This document shows, piece by piece, positions 10,417 through 20,985 of a stretch of DNA of 64,000 nt; the stretch's first letter is position 1; every line of letters begins with the position of its first letter. The stretch lies in assembly GCA_964202905.1 (NCBI GenBank), contig CAXNJO010000005.1, positions 288,001 to 352,000 of the forward strand. Reading direction: 5' to 3'. Both the position numbers and the translations under genes were made by a program. Source of the DNA: Polyangiales bacterium. Its GTDB lineage: Bacteria; Myxococcota_A; Polyangia; Polyangiales; JADJQN01. The notes below the pieces were generated by a model. The model did not search any database and was not told where the DNA came from. It saw only the letters and a list, made by a program, of their open reading frames with translations.

Positions 10417-10943
10417 CGGCCACGGCCCGCCTCGAAGCGCTGCTGGCCCGCGTGCAGGCGAACCGCGCGAAGCCCCGCCCACAGCGCGACGCCCTGCCAG
10501 CCGCAACAGCAGCAGCTCCCGCGCCCGCGCACCTCGAGCCCATCCCCTCGACTTCATTCGATGTTTCGCCGATCGCGAGCCCGCACGACACGCTCCACGG
10601 CATGCCGGCGCCCGCAGCGCCGCTGCATGCGCCGCACGCCTCGGCGCCGCCGATCCCCGTCGAGCCCGTCCCCGCGGACGCCCACGAAGAGCCACGCCTC
10701 GCCGTCGAGCCCGTCCCCGCGGACGCCCACGAAGAGCCTCTCCTCGCCGTCGAGCCGACCCCGTTCGAGCTCCCCACGCCGGCATCCGTCGAGGCGCCCG
10801 CCCCCGTCGCCGCGCGCCTCCAGCCGGAGGCGATCAGCCCGCCGAGCGAGCCCATCGCGCGCCTCACCGCCCTCCTGCCCGAGCCCGAGCCGGCGACCTT
10901 CGGCGGCCTGCTGCGCCGCACGCTCGCGCTGCGCCCGCGCTGA
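10413..10943 (+). CDS. Hypothetical Pro/Ala-rich protein with helical termini
   Basis: GTGA coupling to the upstream gene; ends FGGLLRRTLALRPR 7 bp before coaX. Confidence 0.6.
   Translation: MTATARLEALLARVQANRAKPRPQRDALPAATAAAPAPAHLEPIPSTSFDVSPIASPHDTLHGMPAPAAPLHAPHASAPPIPVEPVPADAHEEPRLAVEPVPADAHEEPLLAVEPTPFELPTPASVEAPAPVAARLQPEAISPPSEPIARLTALLPEPEPATFGGLLRRTLALRPR
10659..10756 (+). repeat. 45-bp in-frame tandem repeat (about 2.2 copies)
   Basis: GTCGAGCC starts at 10659, 10704 and 10749; encodes VEPVPADAHEEPxLA. Confidence 0.85.
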
Positions 10944-10950
10944 GAACCCC

Positions 10951-11718
10951 GTGCTCCTCGCGGTCGACGTCGGCAACACCCACACGGTGCTCGCGCTCTA
11001 CGACGGCGCGCGCCTCGCCCACCATTTCCGCATCGAAAGCGCGAAGGGCCGCACCTCGGACGAGCTGCACATCCTCGTGAGGCAGTTGCTCGCGCTCGCG
11101 GGCGTGCCGCCCGAGCGGGTCGTCGGATCGATCCTCGGGTCCGTCGTGCCGGCGCTCTCGGAGGTGTTCGTCACGGCGTGCCGCGCGGCCTTCGGCCACG
11201 AAATGCTGATCGTCGGACCGGGCATCAAGACGGGGATGCCGATCCTCATCGAGAACCCGCGCGAGGTCGGCGCGGACCGCATCGTGAACTCCGTCGCCGC
11301 CTTCGAGCGCACGCGCAGCGGCACGATCGTCGTCGATTTCGGCACCGCGACGACGTTCGACTGCATCTCGCCGAAGGGCGAGTATCTCGGCGGTGCCATC
11401 GCGCCGGGCGTGCAGATCGCGGCCGACGCGCTCTTCGTCCGCGCGGCGAAGCTCCCGCGCGTCGAACTCGCGAAGCCCCCGCGCGCGGTTGGGCGCAACA
11501 CCACGCACGCCATGCAGAGCGGCATCCTCTTCGGCTACGTCGGCCTGGTCGACGGCCTCGTCGAGCGCCTGCGGAACGAGCTCGGCTTCCCGTGTCGGGT
11601 TCTCGCGACGGGGGGGCTCGCGCGTGTCGTGCAGGCGGAGTCCCGCGCGATCGAGGAGGTCGACGAGTTCCTCACGCTCGAGGGGCTGCGCCTGCTCTAC
11701 CAGCGCAACGCGGACTGA
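10951..11718 (+). CDS. coaX: Type III pantothenate kinase
   Basis: LLAVDVGNT, VGADR, VVDFGTATTFD, GGAIAPG and ATGG motifs. Confidence 0.95.
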   Translation: MLLAVDVGNTHTVLALYDGARLAHHFRIESAKGRTSDELHILVRQLLALAGVPPERVVGSILGSVVPALSEVFVTACRAAFGHEMLIVGPGIKTGMPILIENPREVGADRIVNSVAAFERTRSGTIVVDFGTATTFDCISPKGEYLGGAIAPGVQIAADALFVRAAKLPRVELAKPPRAVGRNTTHAMQSGILFGYVGLVDGLVERLRNELGFPCRVLATGGLARVVQAESRAIEEVDEFLTLEGLRLLYQRNAD

Positions 11719-12765
11719 GTGTTGTCGGCCCACGGCCGCAGCACCGCCACGCGGCTCGCGCTCACGATCACGCTCGGCGTGCTCGGGCTCGGCGCGGCGA
11801 TGGGCGCGTCCGTGATGCTCGGCGCGAGCGACATCGACTTCCGCCGCGCGCTCGACCCGGCGCTCGCGCACGAGCGGGACGCGCTGCTGCTCTTCGAGGC
11901 GCGCCTGCCCCGGGTCGTGCTCGGCGCGCTCGCGGGCGCGGGGCTCGGGGCCGCGGGCGCGGCGCTCCAAGCGCTGCTGCGCAACCCGCTCGCCGATCCG
12001 TACGTCCTCGGTACGAGCGGCGGCGCGGCGCTCGGCGCCACGGTCGCCATCGCGCTCGGCGTGCCTGCGCTCGCCGGCGCGGGCGCGCTGCTGCTGCCAC
12101 TGACGGCCTTCGCCGGCGCGGTCGGCGCGACGCTGCTCGTCACGGGCGTCGCGCGGCTCGCGGGCGCGTCGAGCCCGACGACGATCGTGCTCGCGGGCAT
12201 CGTGGTCAACGCCTTCACATCGGCGGCGATCACGTTCATCAAGGTGCTCGCCTCGAGCGTGCAGGCGCAGGAGCTGCTCTTCTGGCTCGTCGGCGCGCTC
12301 GGCTACGAGCGCTGGAGCACGCTGCTCGTCGCGGGCGCGTACGTCCTCGCGGGGGTCGTGACGCTCACCGCGCTCGGCGGGCGCCTCAACCTCCTCGGAC
12401 TCGGCGACGAGGCGGCGCTCGCGCTCGGCGTGCGGCTGCGCGCCGTGCGGCTCGCCGTGCTCGTCACGACCTCGCTCGTCGTCGCCGGTGTCGTCTCGCT
12501 CTGCGGGTTGATCGGCTTCGTCGGGCTCGTCGTGCCGCACGGCGTGCGGCGCGTGCTCGGCCCCGATCACCGCCTCGTCGTCCCCGGGAGCGCGCTCGCG
12601 GGGGGCGCCTTCCTCGTGCTCGCGGACACCGGCACGCGGCTGCTGCTCGACGCCCTCGGCACCGAGCCGCCCGTCGGCGCGATCACGGCGCTGATCGGCT
12701 GCCCGCTCTTTCTCGCGATCCTCGTCGGCGCGCGCCCCCGCCACGCGCCGCCCGACGTCCCCTGA
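11719..12765 (+). CDS. FecCD/BtuC-family iron-chelate or cobalamin ABC permease
   Basis: RLPRVVLG, QALLRNPLADPYVLG, LGDEAALALG, GLIGFVGLVVPH and PVGAITALIGCP motifs. Confidence 0.92.
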   Translation: MLSAHGRSTATRLALTITLGVLGLGAAMGASVMLGASDIDFRRALDPALAHERDALLLFEARLPRVVLGALAGAGLGAAGAALQALLRNPLADPYVLGTSGGAALGATVAIALGVPALAGAGALLLPLTAFAGAVGATLLVTGVARLAGASSPTTIVLAGIVVNAFTSAAITFIKVLASSVQAQELLFWLVGALGYERWSTLLVAGAYVLAGVVTLTALGGRLNLLGLGDEAALALGVRLRAVRLAVLVTTSLVVAGVVSLCGLIGFVGLVVPHGVRRVLGPDHRLVVPGSALAGGAFLVLADTGTRLLLDALGTEPPVGAITALIGCPLFLAILVGARPRHAPPDVP

Positions 12766-12813
12766 CCGCGCGGCCCGCTAACGCCCCAACCCCTCGAGCG
12801 ACCCACTGCACCC

Positions 12814-14718
12814 ATGACCGACTCCGCTTCCCACGACCCGCGCACCGCCGCTTCCCTTCGAGCGGCTGCGTCTCCTCGAGCCGAGACACGGAGCGGCACC
12901 GCGGGCGCCCCCGGCAAGCCGGCCGCACAGCGCTCCCGCTTCGCGCGCATCGGCCGCGTGCTCGCGCTGATCGCCCCGCACAAGGGGCGCTTCGCGCTCG
13001 CGGTCACCGTGCTCCTGCTCGGCTCGGGGCTCGGCCTCGTCTACCCGCAGGCGATCCGCTACGCGATCGATCACGGCATCTCGGGCGGCTCGACGACGCG
13101 GCTCGACTGGATGGCGGCGGCGCTCGCCGGCGTGTTCGTCGTCGACTCGGGCCTGACGTGGATCCGCCACTACCTGATGGGGTGGCTCGGCGAACGCGCC
13201 GTCACCGACCTGCGCCGCGCCGTGTTCGCGCGGCTCGTCACGCTCCCGCCCACCTGGTACCACGAGCGGCGCACGGGCGAGCTCACTGGCCGCCTCGCAT
13301 CGGACACCACCACCGTCGAGTCGGTCGTCGGCTCCGACATCAGCATCGCGCTCCGCAACCTCGTGCAGTTCTTCGGCGGGCTCGTGCTGCTCTTCATCAC
13401 CAACGCGCGGCTCACGGGCGCGATCCTCGTGACGATCCCGCCGCTGATGATCCTCGTGATGGTGTTCGGACGCCGCGTGCGCCGCATGAGCCGCGACGTG
13501 CAGGACCAGCTCGCCGAGACGAGCGCGCACGTGCAGGAGACGGTCGGCGCGATCCAGACGGTGCAGGCCTTCACGCGCGAAGCACGCGAGACGGACGGCT
13601 ACGGCACGCGCGTCGAGGCCGCGTTCGCGCGGGCGCTGCGGCTCATCCGCTGGCGCGGCGGCTTCATGGCGTTCGCGAGTCTCTTCGCGTTCCTCTCGAT
13701 CGCGGGCGTCTTGTGGATCGGCGGGCGCGCGGTCGTCGCAGGCGAGATCACCGGCGGCGAGCTGGTCGCCTTCATCCTCTACACGATCATGCTCGCGAGC
13801 GCGCTCGGCAGCCTCACCGAGCGCTGGACGGCGCTCGAGCGCGCGGCCGGCGCCACCGAGCGCATCTTCGAGATCATCGAGACCGTCCCCGACATCCGCG
13901 ACGCCGACGTGCCGACGCCGCTGCCCGCGCAGACGCCCGGGCGAGGCACGGCCGTGCGCTTCGAGCACGTGGGCTTCCACTACCCGACGCGCCCCGATCA
14001 CCCGGTACTCTCCGATGTCTCGCTCGAGCTCGCGCCGGGCGAGGTCGTCGCCGTGGTCGGGCCATCCGGGGCCGGCAAATCCACGCTCGCCGCGCTCCTC
14101 CTGCGCTTCCAGGACGTCGTCGAGGGCTCCGTGTGTTTCGACGGAGTCGACGTGCGGGCGCTCGCGCTGCGCGAGCTGCGCCAATCGATCGGGCTGGTCG
14201 CGCAAGAGCCCGTGCTCTTCAGCGGCACCATCGCGGAGAACATCGCGTACGGCGCCCCTGCCGCGACGCCCGCCGACATCGAGCGCGCGGCCCGCGACGC
14301 GAGCGCGCACGCCTTCATCACGGGCTTTCCCGACGGCTACGCGACGCTCGTCGGCGAGCGCGGCGTGCAGCTCTCGGGCGGCCAGCGCCAGCGCATCGCG
14401 ATCGCCCGCGCGATCCTCATGGACCCGCGCGTGCTCGTGCTCGACGAGGCGACGAGCAACCTCGACGCCGAGAGCGAGGCGCTCGTGCAAGAGGCGCTCG
14501 CGCGGCTCATGAAGGGCCGCACGACGCTCGTCATCGCGCACAGGCTGAGCACCGTGCGCGAGGCCGACCGCATCGTCGTCCTCGCCGCCGGACGCGTCGC
14601 GGAGACCGGCACGCACGCAGCGCTGATGGCACGCCAGGGCGTGTACCGGCGCCTCATCGATCACCAGCTCTTCAGCGCCGCGCTGCCGCCGGCGGCGACG
14701 CCCGACGCGACGGCGTGA
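12814..14718 (+). CDS. ABC exporter with fused TMD and ATPase (MsbA/ABCB-like)
   Basis: About 6 TM segments, Walker A GPSGAGKST, LSGGQRQR signature, LDEATS and IAHRLST. Confidence 0.92.
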   Translation: MTDSASHDPRTAASLRAAASPRAETRSGTAGAPGKPAAQRSRFARIGRVLALIAPHKGRFALAVTVLLLGSGLGLVYPQAIRYAIDHGISGGSTTRLDWMAAALAGVFVVDSGLTWIRHYLMGWLGERAVTDLRRAVFARLVTLPPTWYHERRTGELTGRLASDTTTVESVVGSDISIALRNLVQFFGGLVLLFITNARLTGAILVTIPPLMILVMVFGRRVRRMSRDVQDQLAETSAHVQETVGAIQTVQAFTREARETDGYGTRVEAAFARALRLIRWRGGFMAFASLFAFLSIAGVLWIGGRAVVAGEITGGELVAFILYTIMLASALGSLTERWTALERAAGATERIFEIIETVPDIRDADVPTPLPAQTPGRGTAVRFEHVGFHYPTRPDHPVLSDVSLELAPGEVVAVVGPSGAGKSTLAALLLRFQDVVEGSVCFDGVDVRALALRELRQSIGLVAQEPVLFSGTIAENIAYGAPAATPADIERAARDASAHAFITGFPDGYATLVGERGVQLSGGQRQRIAIARAILMDPRVLVLDEATSNLDAESEALVQEALARLMKGRTTLVIAHRLSTVREADRIVVLAAGRVAETGTHAALMARQGVYRRLIDHQLFSAALPPAATPDATA

Positions 14719-14758
14719 AGAGCCGGGACGAGGCGTCGCCGCACACCGACCGCGGACG

Positions 14759-16534
14759 CTATTGCGACTGCGTGAAGAGCTGGAAGAAGTAGTCGCCCGC
14801 GCCCGACACCGCTTGCACCTTGAGCGTGAAGTTGCCGTTCTGCGCGGGGCAGTGACGCACGCTCGGGAACGCGTTCCTCGACGACTCGGCCGCGACGGGC
14901 GTCGAGCCCTGCAACAGCGACGCGTCGACGTCGACCACCCCCTCGCCCCCGACGACGAGCACCGAATAGCAGCGGCCGCCGCGCATCGGGATGGTGTGCG
15001 TGCGCTGGTCGCCCTCGCGCCGGAACGTCGCGCGCTCAGGGGTGAAGTCGGAGTCCGGCTCGAAGCCCTCGACGTTGAGGAGCTGCGTGACCTCGGCGAG
15101 CCGCACGTACATCAGGCCCGAGAGGCCGAACGGACCGCGCGTCCCACGGGGCCAGCGGTACTGCTGGTACACGAAGTTGCCCGCGCCCGCGTACATCTTC
15201 ACGCGCATCGTGTACGCGCCCGAAGACTGCGGACAGACGCGCACGATCGGCCGCGAGTTCTGCTCGATGTCGCGGTCGACCTCGGTGCCGCGCGCGTCGA
15301 GCAGGCGCAGGTCGAGGTCGCGCACGCCGTTGTCGCCGACCCCGAGGATCGCGTAGCACTTGCCGCCCTCGAGGCTCATCGGGTAGTCGGTCTCGGCGGA
15401 CTCGCTGAGCTGCGAGCGCCGCACGTCGCCGAAGGTCTCGTAGCCGCGCGCGCGCATGTCGCCGTCGAGCAGGCGGAAGTTGTCCTCGAGGCCGGCGCCC
15501 GCCGTGGACGTCGCGGCGACGACCTGCGTGTCGGGCGCGGGCGCAGCGCCCTGCTGGTAGGCGGCCGTGAAGAGTGGGCCGGTGCCGCTGTACATCTTCA
15601 CCTGCAGCTTGTAGCTGCCGGTGACCGTGGGGCAGTACCGGACGAGCCCATCGGCGGAGCTCGCGACGTCGCGCGCGAGCTCGCTGCCGCTGCCGTCGAG
15701 GAGCGAGACGTCGGTGTCGGCTGCGCCCGGCCCGCCGAAGCTCGCGAACGCGTAGCAGGTGCCCGCCTGCAGCGTCGCGGGGAACTCGCGCACCTGACCC
15801 GCCGCGAGCACGAGGCCGGCGGGGCCGTAGATCCGGCGGAACCGCTCACCCTCGAGGGTGCGCTCGGCCGCTTCGATGCGGGCATTGGTCGCGGGGTCGA
15901 GCTGCGCCGTCTGCACCTGCGGCGCGGGGCTCGCCCCACCGAAGAACGCCGAGAGGTCCGGCTGCGCCCCCGAGGACCCCTGGTAGACCGCGTAGTAGTA
16001 ACCGCCCGCGCCGGCGTGCATCTGCAGTCGCGCGGCGAGCCGCCCGCCGACGCCGGGGCAGGCGAACGCCCACGGATGCCCGTCCGGGCGCACGTCGTAC
16101 GCGACCGTGCGCATCGACGCGTCGGTGACGTTGAGGTTGATGTCCTGCCCGGGTTGCTCGCCGATGGCGAAGATCGCGTAGCAGGCGTTCGGGGCCGCGT
16201 TGACGGCGTAGGCGATGAGCCCCGAGGCCGGGAGGCTCCCGTGGACGGCGGGGCCGAGCGGCACGTAGCCGCGCTGACGCAGCAGCCGATCCAGCTGCGT
16301 GAGCTGGTTGCGCGCGTCGCCGCTCGCCGTGACGCCCGCCTGCGCCGCGCCACCGCCCGCCTGCGGCCCGGCGTACCCGTTGGGGGGCCGCGGCCCCGTG
16401 TAGGTGTTGTTCGCGCCATTCGACGCGCCGCCCCCGAAGTCGAGGCCGAAGCGTCGGGGGGAGGCGCCGCAGGCGGCGAGCAGGGAGAAGGAAGCGACCA
16501 AGAGGAGGAAAGCGAGGCGGCGCGACATGGGCAT
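14759..16534 (-). CDS. Lipoprotein with four tandem PPC-like beta-sandwich repeats
   Basis: Lipobox LAAC; four repeats of CY-x(n)-DxDxxL-x(n)-CP-x-G-x-Y/F-x(n)-GxG. Confidence 0.75.
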   Translation of the reverse strand: MPMSRRLAFLLLVASFSLLAACGASPRRFGLDFGGGASNGANNTYTGPRPPNGYAGPQAGGGAAQAGVTASGDARNQLTQLDRLLRQRGYVPLGPAVHGSLPASGLIAYAVNAAPNACYAIFAIGEQPGQDINLNVTDASMRTVAYDVRPDGHPWAFACPGVGGRLAARLQMHAGAGGYYYAVYQGSSGAQPDLSAFFGGASPAPQVQTAQLDPATNARIEAAERTLEGERFRRIYGPAGLVLAAGQVREFPATLQAGTCYAFASFGGPGAADTDVSLLDGSGSELARDVASSADGLVRYCPTVTGSYKLQVKMYSGTGPLFTAAYQQGAAPAPDTQVVAATSTAGAGLEDNFRLLDGDMRARGYETFGDVRRSQLSESAETDYPMSLEGGKCYAILGVGDNGVRDLDLRLLDARGTEVDRDIEQNSRPIVRVCPQSSGAYTMRVKMYAGAGNFVYQQYRWPRGTRGPFGLSGLMYVRLAEVTQLLNVEGFEPDSDFTPERATFRREGDQRTHTIPMRGGRCYSVLVVGGEGVVDVDASLLQGSTPVAAESSRNAFPSVRHCPAQNGNFTLKVQAVSGAGDYFFQLFTQSQ

Positions 16535-16843
16535 CACCGGGGTGGACGGGGCGGAGGCCCGTTCGCTTCACGCGAAGGCCTGCGGACGAAGGGCGCGGCG
16601 AAGCCAAGCACGAAGGGGGGGCGCCCCGCAAGCGCGCCCCACGCGCGTAAAAACGCGCAAAATGTGGCGCAAATACCTCACTCTCGCGCGCCACGCGCCG
16701 ACGGGCGCGGTGCCGCGGCCGCGCGCGCCCCGGTCGGGCGCCCCCGCACGGCGTACGCACGCCCCCCGGCGGACCCGACGCAACGCCCCGCCCGGGCGCA
16801 CGAGAAGGCCGCCGCCCCACGCCCCACCCCCGGAGCCGCCCCG

Positions 16844-17404
16844 TTGCGTCGCACCCCCGCCCGCCCGCACCCGCTCACCGTCACCCACGTTCTGCGCCTC
16901 GTCCTGCTCGGCGCGCTCGGCCTCGTCGCACCAGACGCGGCGCGCGCGCAGGCCCGCCCCGATCGCCCTGCGCCGAGCCAGCACCTCGCCTCCGATCGCG
17001 ACCTCTCCGCGTGGGATGTCGCGCTCACCGTCGATGTACTCGGCCCGCTGTCCGCGCGGTACGGCGCGCGGCTCGAGGTCGCCCCCGCGCGCTGGGCCTC
17101 GGTCGCGCTCGGGATGGACTGGCGCCCCCCGCACGGCGACGACGCAGTGGACCTCACCGCGTCCGCGCAGCTCTGGCCCCTCGCAGACGGCCTCGAGGGG
17201 CCGTACATCGGCTCCGGCGTCGTGCTCGCGCGGCGCGCGGCGGGGCTCGGGTGGGCCGCGCAGGGCGAGGTGGGTTGGCAGTGGGTGTGGAGCGGGGTCG
17301 TGCTCGCGGGCGCAGCCCGCTGCGGTTGGCACGCGCCGCACGCGGGGGAGGCGCAGGGACTCGAGCTCGGGGCGCGGCTCGCGCTCGGCTGGGCCTGGCG
17401 CTGA
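16844..17404 (+). CDS. Small putative outer-membrane beta-barrel (DUF3575-like)
   Basis: In-frame TTG start, signal ending ARA-Q, amphipathic strands, GLEGPYIG motif, C-terminus LALGWAWR. Confidence 0.5.
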   Translation: MRRTPARPHPLTVTHVLRLVLLGALGLVAPDAARAQARPDRPAPSQHLASDRDLSAWDVALTVDVLGPLSARYGARLEVAPARWASVALGMDWRPPHGDDAVDLTASAQLWPLADGLEGPYIGSGVVLARRAAGLGWAAQGEVGWQWVWSGVVLAGAARCGWHAPHAGEAQGLELGARLALGWAWR

Positions 17405-17497
17405 GCGGGGGCGACGCGCACGACGAACGGCGCGAACGACGCGAACGGCGCACGGCACGCACAGGCGGGTTGATCGGGGTGCGCGGGCCGAGCGACG

Positions 17498-18566
17498 TCA
17501 GCCCGCGCGGAGCAGCAGAAAGAGCGCGACCGCGCTCGCGGCGAGCACCAACCCGGCGAGGGTGTAGACGACGACATCCGCCGAGGCGCCCGAGCGTCGC
17601 CGCCGCTCGCGGAAGGGCACCGGCGACGCGGTGCGACCCGCGCCGTGCGGCGGCATCGAGGCCAACGGCGAAGACACATCCTTCGCGCGGTCCGCGTCGG
17701 CCGGGGGCGCGTCTGCTCGCGCTGGAGGCATCGGGCGACGCGGCCCCGCCCGACACCGCCGGGCCGGCGACGCGGTCCGGCTGGGACGAGGCGCCCCCGC
17801 CCGGCGAATGCGGGACATCGGGCTGGCCCTCGAGCGCGCGGAGCGCCGCATCCGCGGGATCCTCGAACACGAGCAGCGTCTGCCCCACCAGGAGCTCGTC
17901 GCGGTCGCGCAGGCGGCGCTCGCGGAGCGGGCGGTCGTTGAGGCGCGCGCCGTTCTTGCTGCCGAGGTCGCGCGCGAGCGCGCCGTCGAGGTCGCAGATC
18001 ACCTCGAGGTGCTCGCGGGAACAGTCCGCGTCGTCGAGCACCAGATCGCACGCCTCGCCGCGCCCGACGCGCAGGCGGGCGGGCGGCGCGGGCAGCGTGA
18101 GCGACGACCCGGCCTGCGGGCCACCGACGACGACGAGGCGGGCCGGCGCGTCGGCGGTCCCCTGCGGATCGAGCACCTCACGCACGAGGCGGCGCGCGAG
18201 CGCGGCGGTCTGCTCGGAGGAGGTCGGCGCGCTCGTCGCGATGCCCGCCTGGAAGGTCAGCGAGAAGCCCGCGACGTCGAGCACGTCGCCGCTGCGCAGC
18301 GCCTTCGCGCGGCCTGCGGCGAGCCGCGCGCCATTGACGCGTGTGCCGTTGGTCGAGCCGTCGTCGACGACGACGTAGGTGCTGCCCTCGAGCCGGATGA
18401 CCGCGTGCTGCTCGCTCACCGCCGGATGCGGGAGGCGCACGTCGGCGGAGGCGCCACGCCCGATCAGCACGCGGGTCTGCTCGAACTCCCAGGCGGGCCC
18501 TGCCCCCGCCTCGCCCGCGACCGGAGCGCGCACGACGAGTCGAACCGCCATCTTCCGGCGCGACAC
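17498..18566 (-). CDS. Double FHA-domain protein with C-terminal TM helix (frameshift about 17730-17810)
   Basis: IGRG...VSEQHA...DDGSTNGT and VGRG...CSREHL...DLGSKNG. The TM tail VVVYTLAGLVLAASAVALFLLL is in another frame ending at 17498. Confidence 0.8.
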
Positions 18567-18689
18567 TGCCCGCCGCGGATCCCGGGGTCAAGGAATGGGC
18601 CCGCGCGCCGCGTGCCCCGCGCACCCTGTCGAAAACTGGCGCAGGCCTCGCGCTTCTGAGAGGAGTCCAGCCGTCAGGAGAATCCAGCC

Positions 18690-20886
18690 ATGCATGCAGC
18701 CCAGGACCGTCGATCGAACGATGAGGTGCGCGTCCCGCTCGACGTCCTCGTCTCGCTCGCACATCGGGACTTCGACGAGCCCTTCGAAGCCGATGCGCTG
18801 AACCTCAGCCGCGGCGGCCTCTCGCTCCGCGCCGCGTACCTGCCCGAGATCGGCGCGCGCCTCGCGTGCCGCTTCGAGTGTCCGCCCCTCGGGGCGCCGC
18901 TCGAGGCCGAGGGCGAGGTGGTCTGGGCCGCCGACGCAGGCGGGCAGGCAGGCGAGTTCGGCGTGCGCTTCGTCGCGCTCGACGCCGAAGCCGAGCAGGC
19001 CATCCGCGCGCTCGTCGGCGATGTCGCGACCGTCGCGCCCGCGCCCGGCGCGCAGCCGATGGCGCGGCTCTTCCTCGACGGCGTACCGACGCCGATCGTC
19101 GCGCGCGTCACGCAGCGGATGGACGACCTCGTGACCGTCGAGCAGGAGCTTCCCTTCCTCAGCCTCGAGCGTGGCCTCGCGCTGCGCGACGAGCAGGGCA
19201 TCTCGCGCCGCGGCCGCATCGGGAGCGTGGACCTCCAGCTCTGCGGCGACATGCCGAAGCTCGTGATGCAGGTGGTCTTCGACGAGCCCGCGGCGCCCGC
19301 CGTCGCGACGCGCCCCGCGACCATGCCGGGCGACGACCGCACCGAGCCGGACCTCGTCGCGCCCCCGATGGAGCAGGGGCTCTACGCCGACGAGGTGGCC
19401 GAGCGCGCGGCGATCCGTCGCTCGAGCGCAGGGACGCTCGCCGCCCCCTCCACCAACACCATCTCTGAAGATACTAGTGGGTACGACGAGGACGACGACG
19501 ACGTCGCCGCGGAACTCGAGGCGCCCACCGCGCGGCCCGCGCGCGAAGCGACGCAGATCGTGCGGACGGAGACGCTCCGCACGGCGACCGAGGCCGCCCT
19601 GCCCGCACGCCCGGCGGCGCGCGCCGCGACGAGTGGCTGCGCAGGCCGAGACAGGCACCGCGCAGGCCGAGACAGGCACCGCGCAGGCCGAGACAGGCAC
19701 CGCGCAGGCGCGGCTCGCGCTCGCGCTCGCGCAGGTGACCCCGCTCGTCGCGCGCTCGAGGGCCGCGGCCATCGCGCTCTGGGAGCGGCTCCGCCCCGCG
19801 CTGCTCGCCGCGATCGCGCGGGCGCGCACGGCGACCGCCTCGGTCGCACGCCGCGCAGGCCCGGCCGCGCGCGATGCGCTCGCCCGCAGCGGCGCGCTCG
19901 CTGGGCGCTTCGTCACGATCGCGCGGGCGCGCCTCGAAGCCCGCGCCGCGACGCAGGCCGCCGCGACGACCGCCCAGAAGCCGCGCCGCACGACCGCGGC
20001 GCCCCCCGCCGCAGCCGCACCCGGCGAGTGGCGCACACGCAAGGGCGCGCAGACCGAGCCCGCGCCCGCCCCCGCGCGGCGCCCGATCGGGCGCTACATC
20101 GTGCTCGCCGGCGCGGCCGTGAGCGCGCTCGCCTTCGGCACCTACGCCTTCTCCGGCGACGACGCCGAGACGCTCGACGTGCCCACGGTGCCCGGCGCGG
20201 CAGGCGCGCCCGCGGCCCCCTCGGCGCCGACGTCGTCCGCGACACCGGCGCCCCCCGTCGGCGCGCTGCCCGCGGCCCAGGCGTTTGCGCCCCCGACGCC
20301 CGCTGCGCCCGCCGGTCCCGTCGCCATCCCGACGCCCGCCGCGCTCGCCGCGCCGACGTACGTCGCCGGCAGCCTCCCGGCCCCGACGTATCCGACGCTG
20401 CAGCCCACCGCGCGCCCCGCGGTCGCGCCCGCGGGCGTGCCGACCGCGTCGCCCTACGCCGTCGACGTCCGCGCCGAGAGCGTCGCCGGGCATGACCCCA
20501 CGCTCCGCGCGCCGATGGCGCCGGGCGCACAGCCCGCGGCGCCCGCCGCAGCGCCGACCGCTGCGCCTGCGACGCCCGCCGGCACGCGCGAGTTCGGCGA
20601 TGCGTCGGTGACGCGCGGTCAGACCTTCACGCTGCGCATGAGCCAGGAGGTCGCGGGCCTCAGCGGTCGCCGCGATCCGGCCGGCTTCGATCTCCGCATC
20701 GACGGCGCGCTCACGCTCGACCGCGCGGCGCCCATCGCCGCGACGCACCCCGCGGTCGCGACGGCGATGATCATCAACCGCGGCGACCACGCCGACCTCG
20801 CGATCCGCTTCCGCGAGGGCATGGCGCCGGCCTACCACGTCGTCGCGCGCGGCGCGGCGCTCGAGATCACGATCGCGCGCCGCTGA
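18690..20886 (+). CDS. PilZ-domain membrane protein with Pro-rich linker and C-terminal AMIN-like domain (frameshift about 19635)
   Basis: DRRSNDEVRVP...NLSRGG...GEVVW...FGVRF; AGGAG RBS; the second frame has TM YIVLAGAAVSALAFGTYAF, a Pro-rich stalk and a beta-rich tail. Confidence 0.7.
19639..19709 (+). repeat. 21-bp perfect tandem repeat (3.4 copies)
   Basis: GCGCAGGCCGAGACAGGCACC at 19639, 19660 and 19681, partial copy at 19702. Confidence 0.9.
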
Positions 20887-20985
20887 ACCACGGTTCATCC
20901 GCGCGCCTGCCGCGCGTACGCCCCACGCTCCGCCCCGCACGCACCCCGCGCGCGGGGCGGTCGCGTTTCTGGCGGCGACACGCGG

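Noticed and set aside
18637..18651. GG-N10-GC element upstream of the PilZ gene as a sigma54 promoter
   Set aside because: Poor match to TGGCAC/TTGC; such spacing arises often at this GC content.
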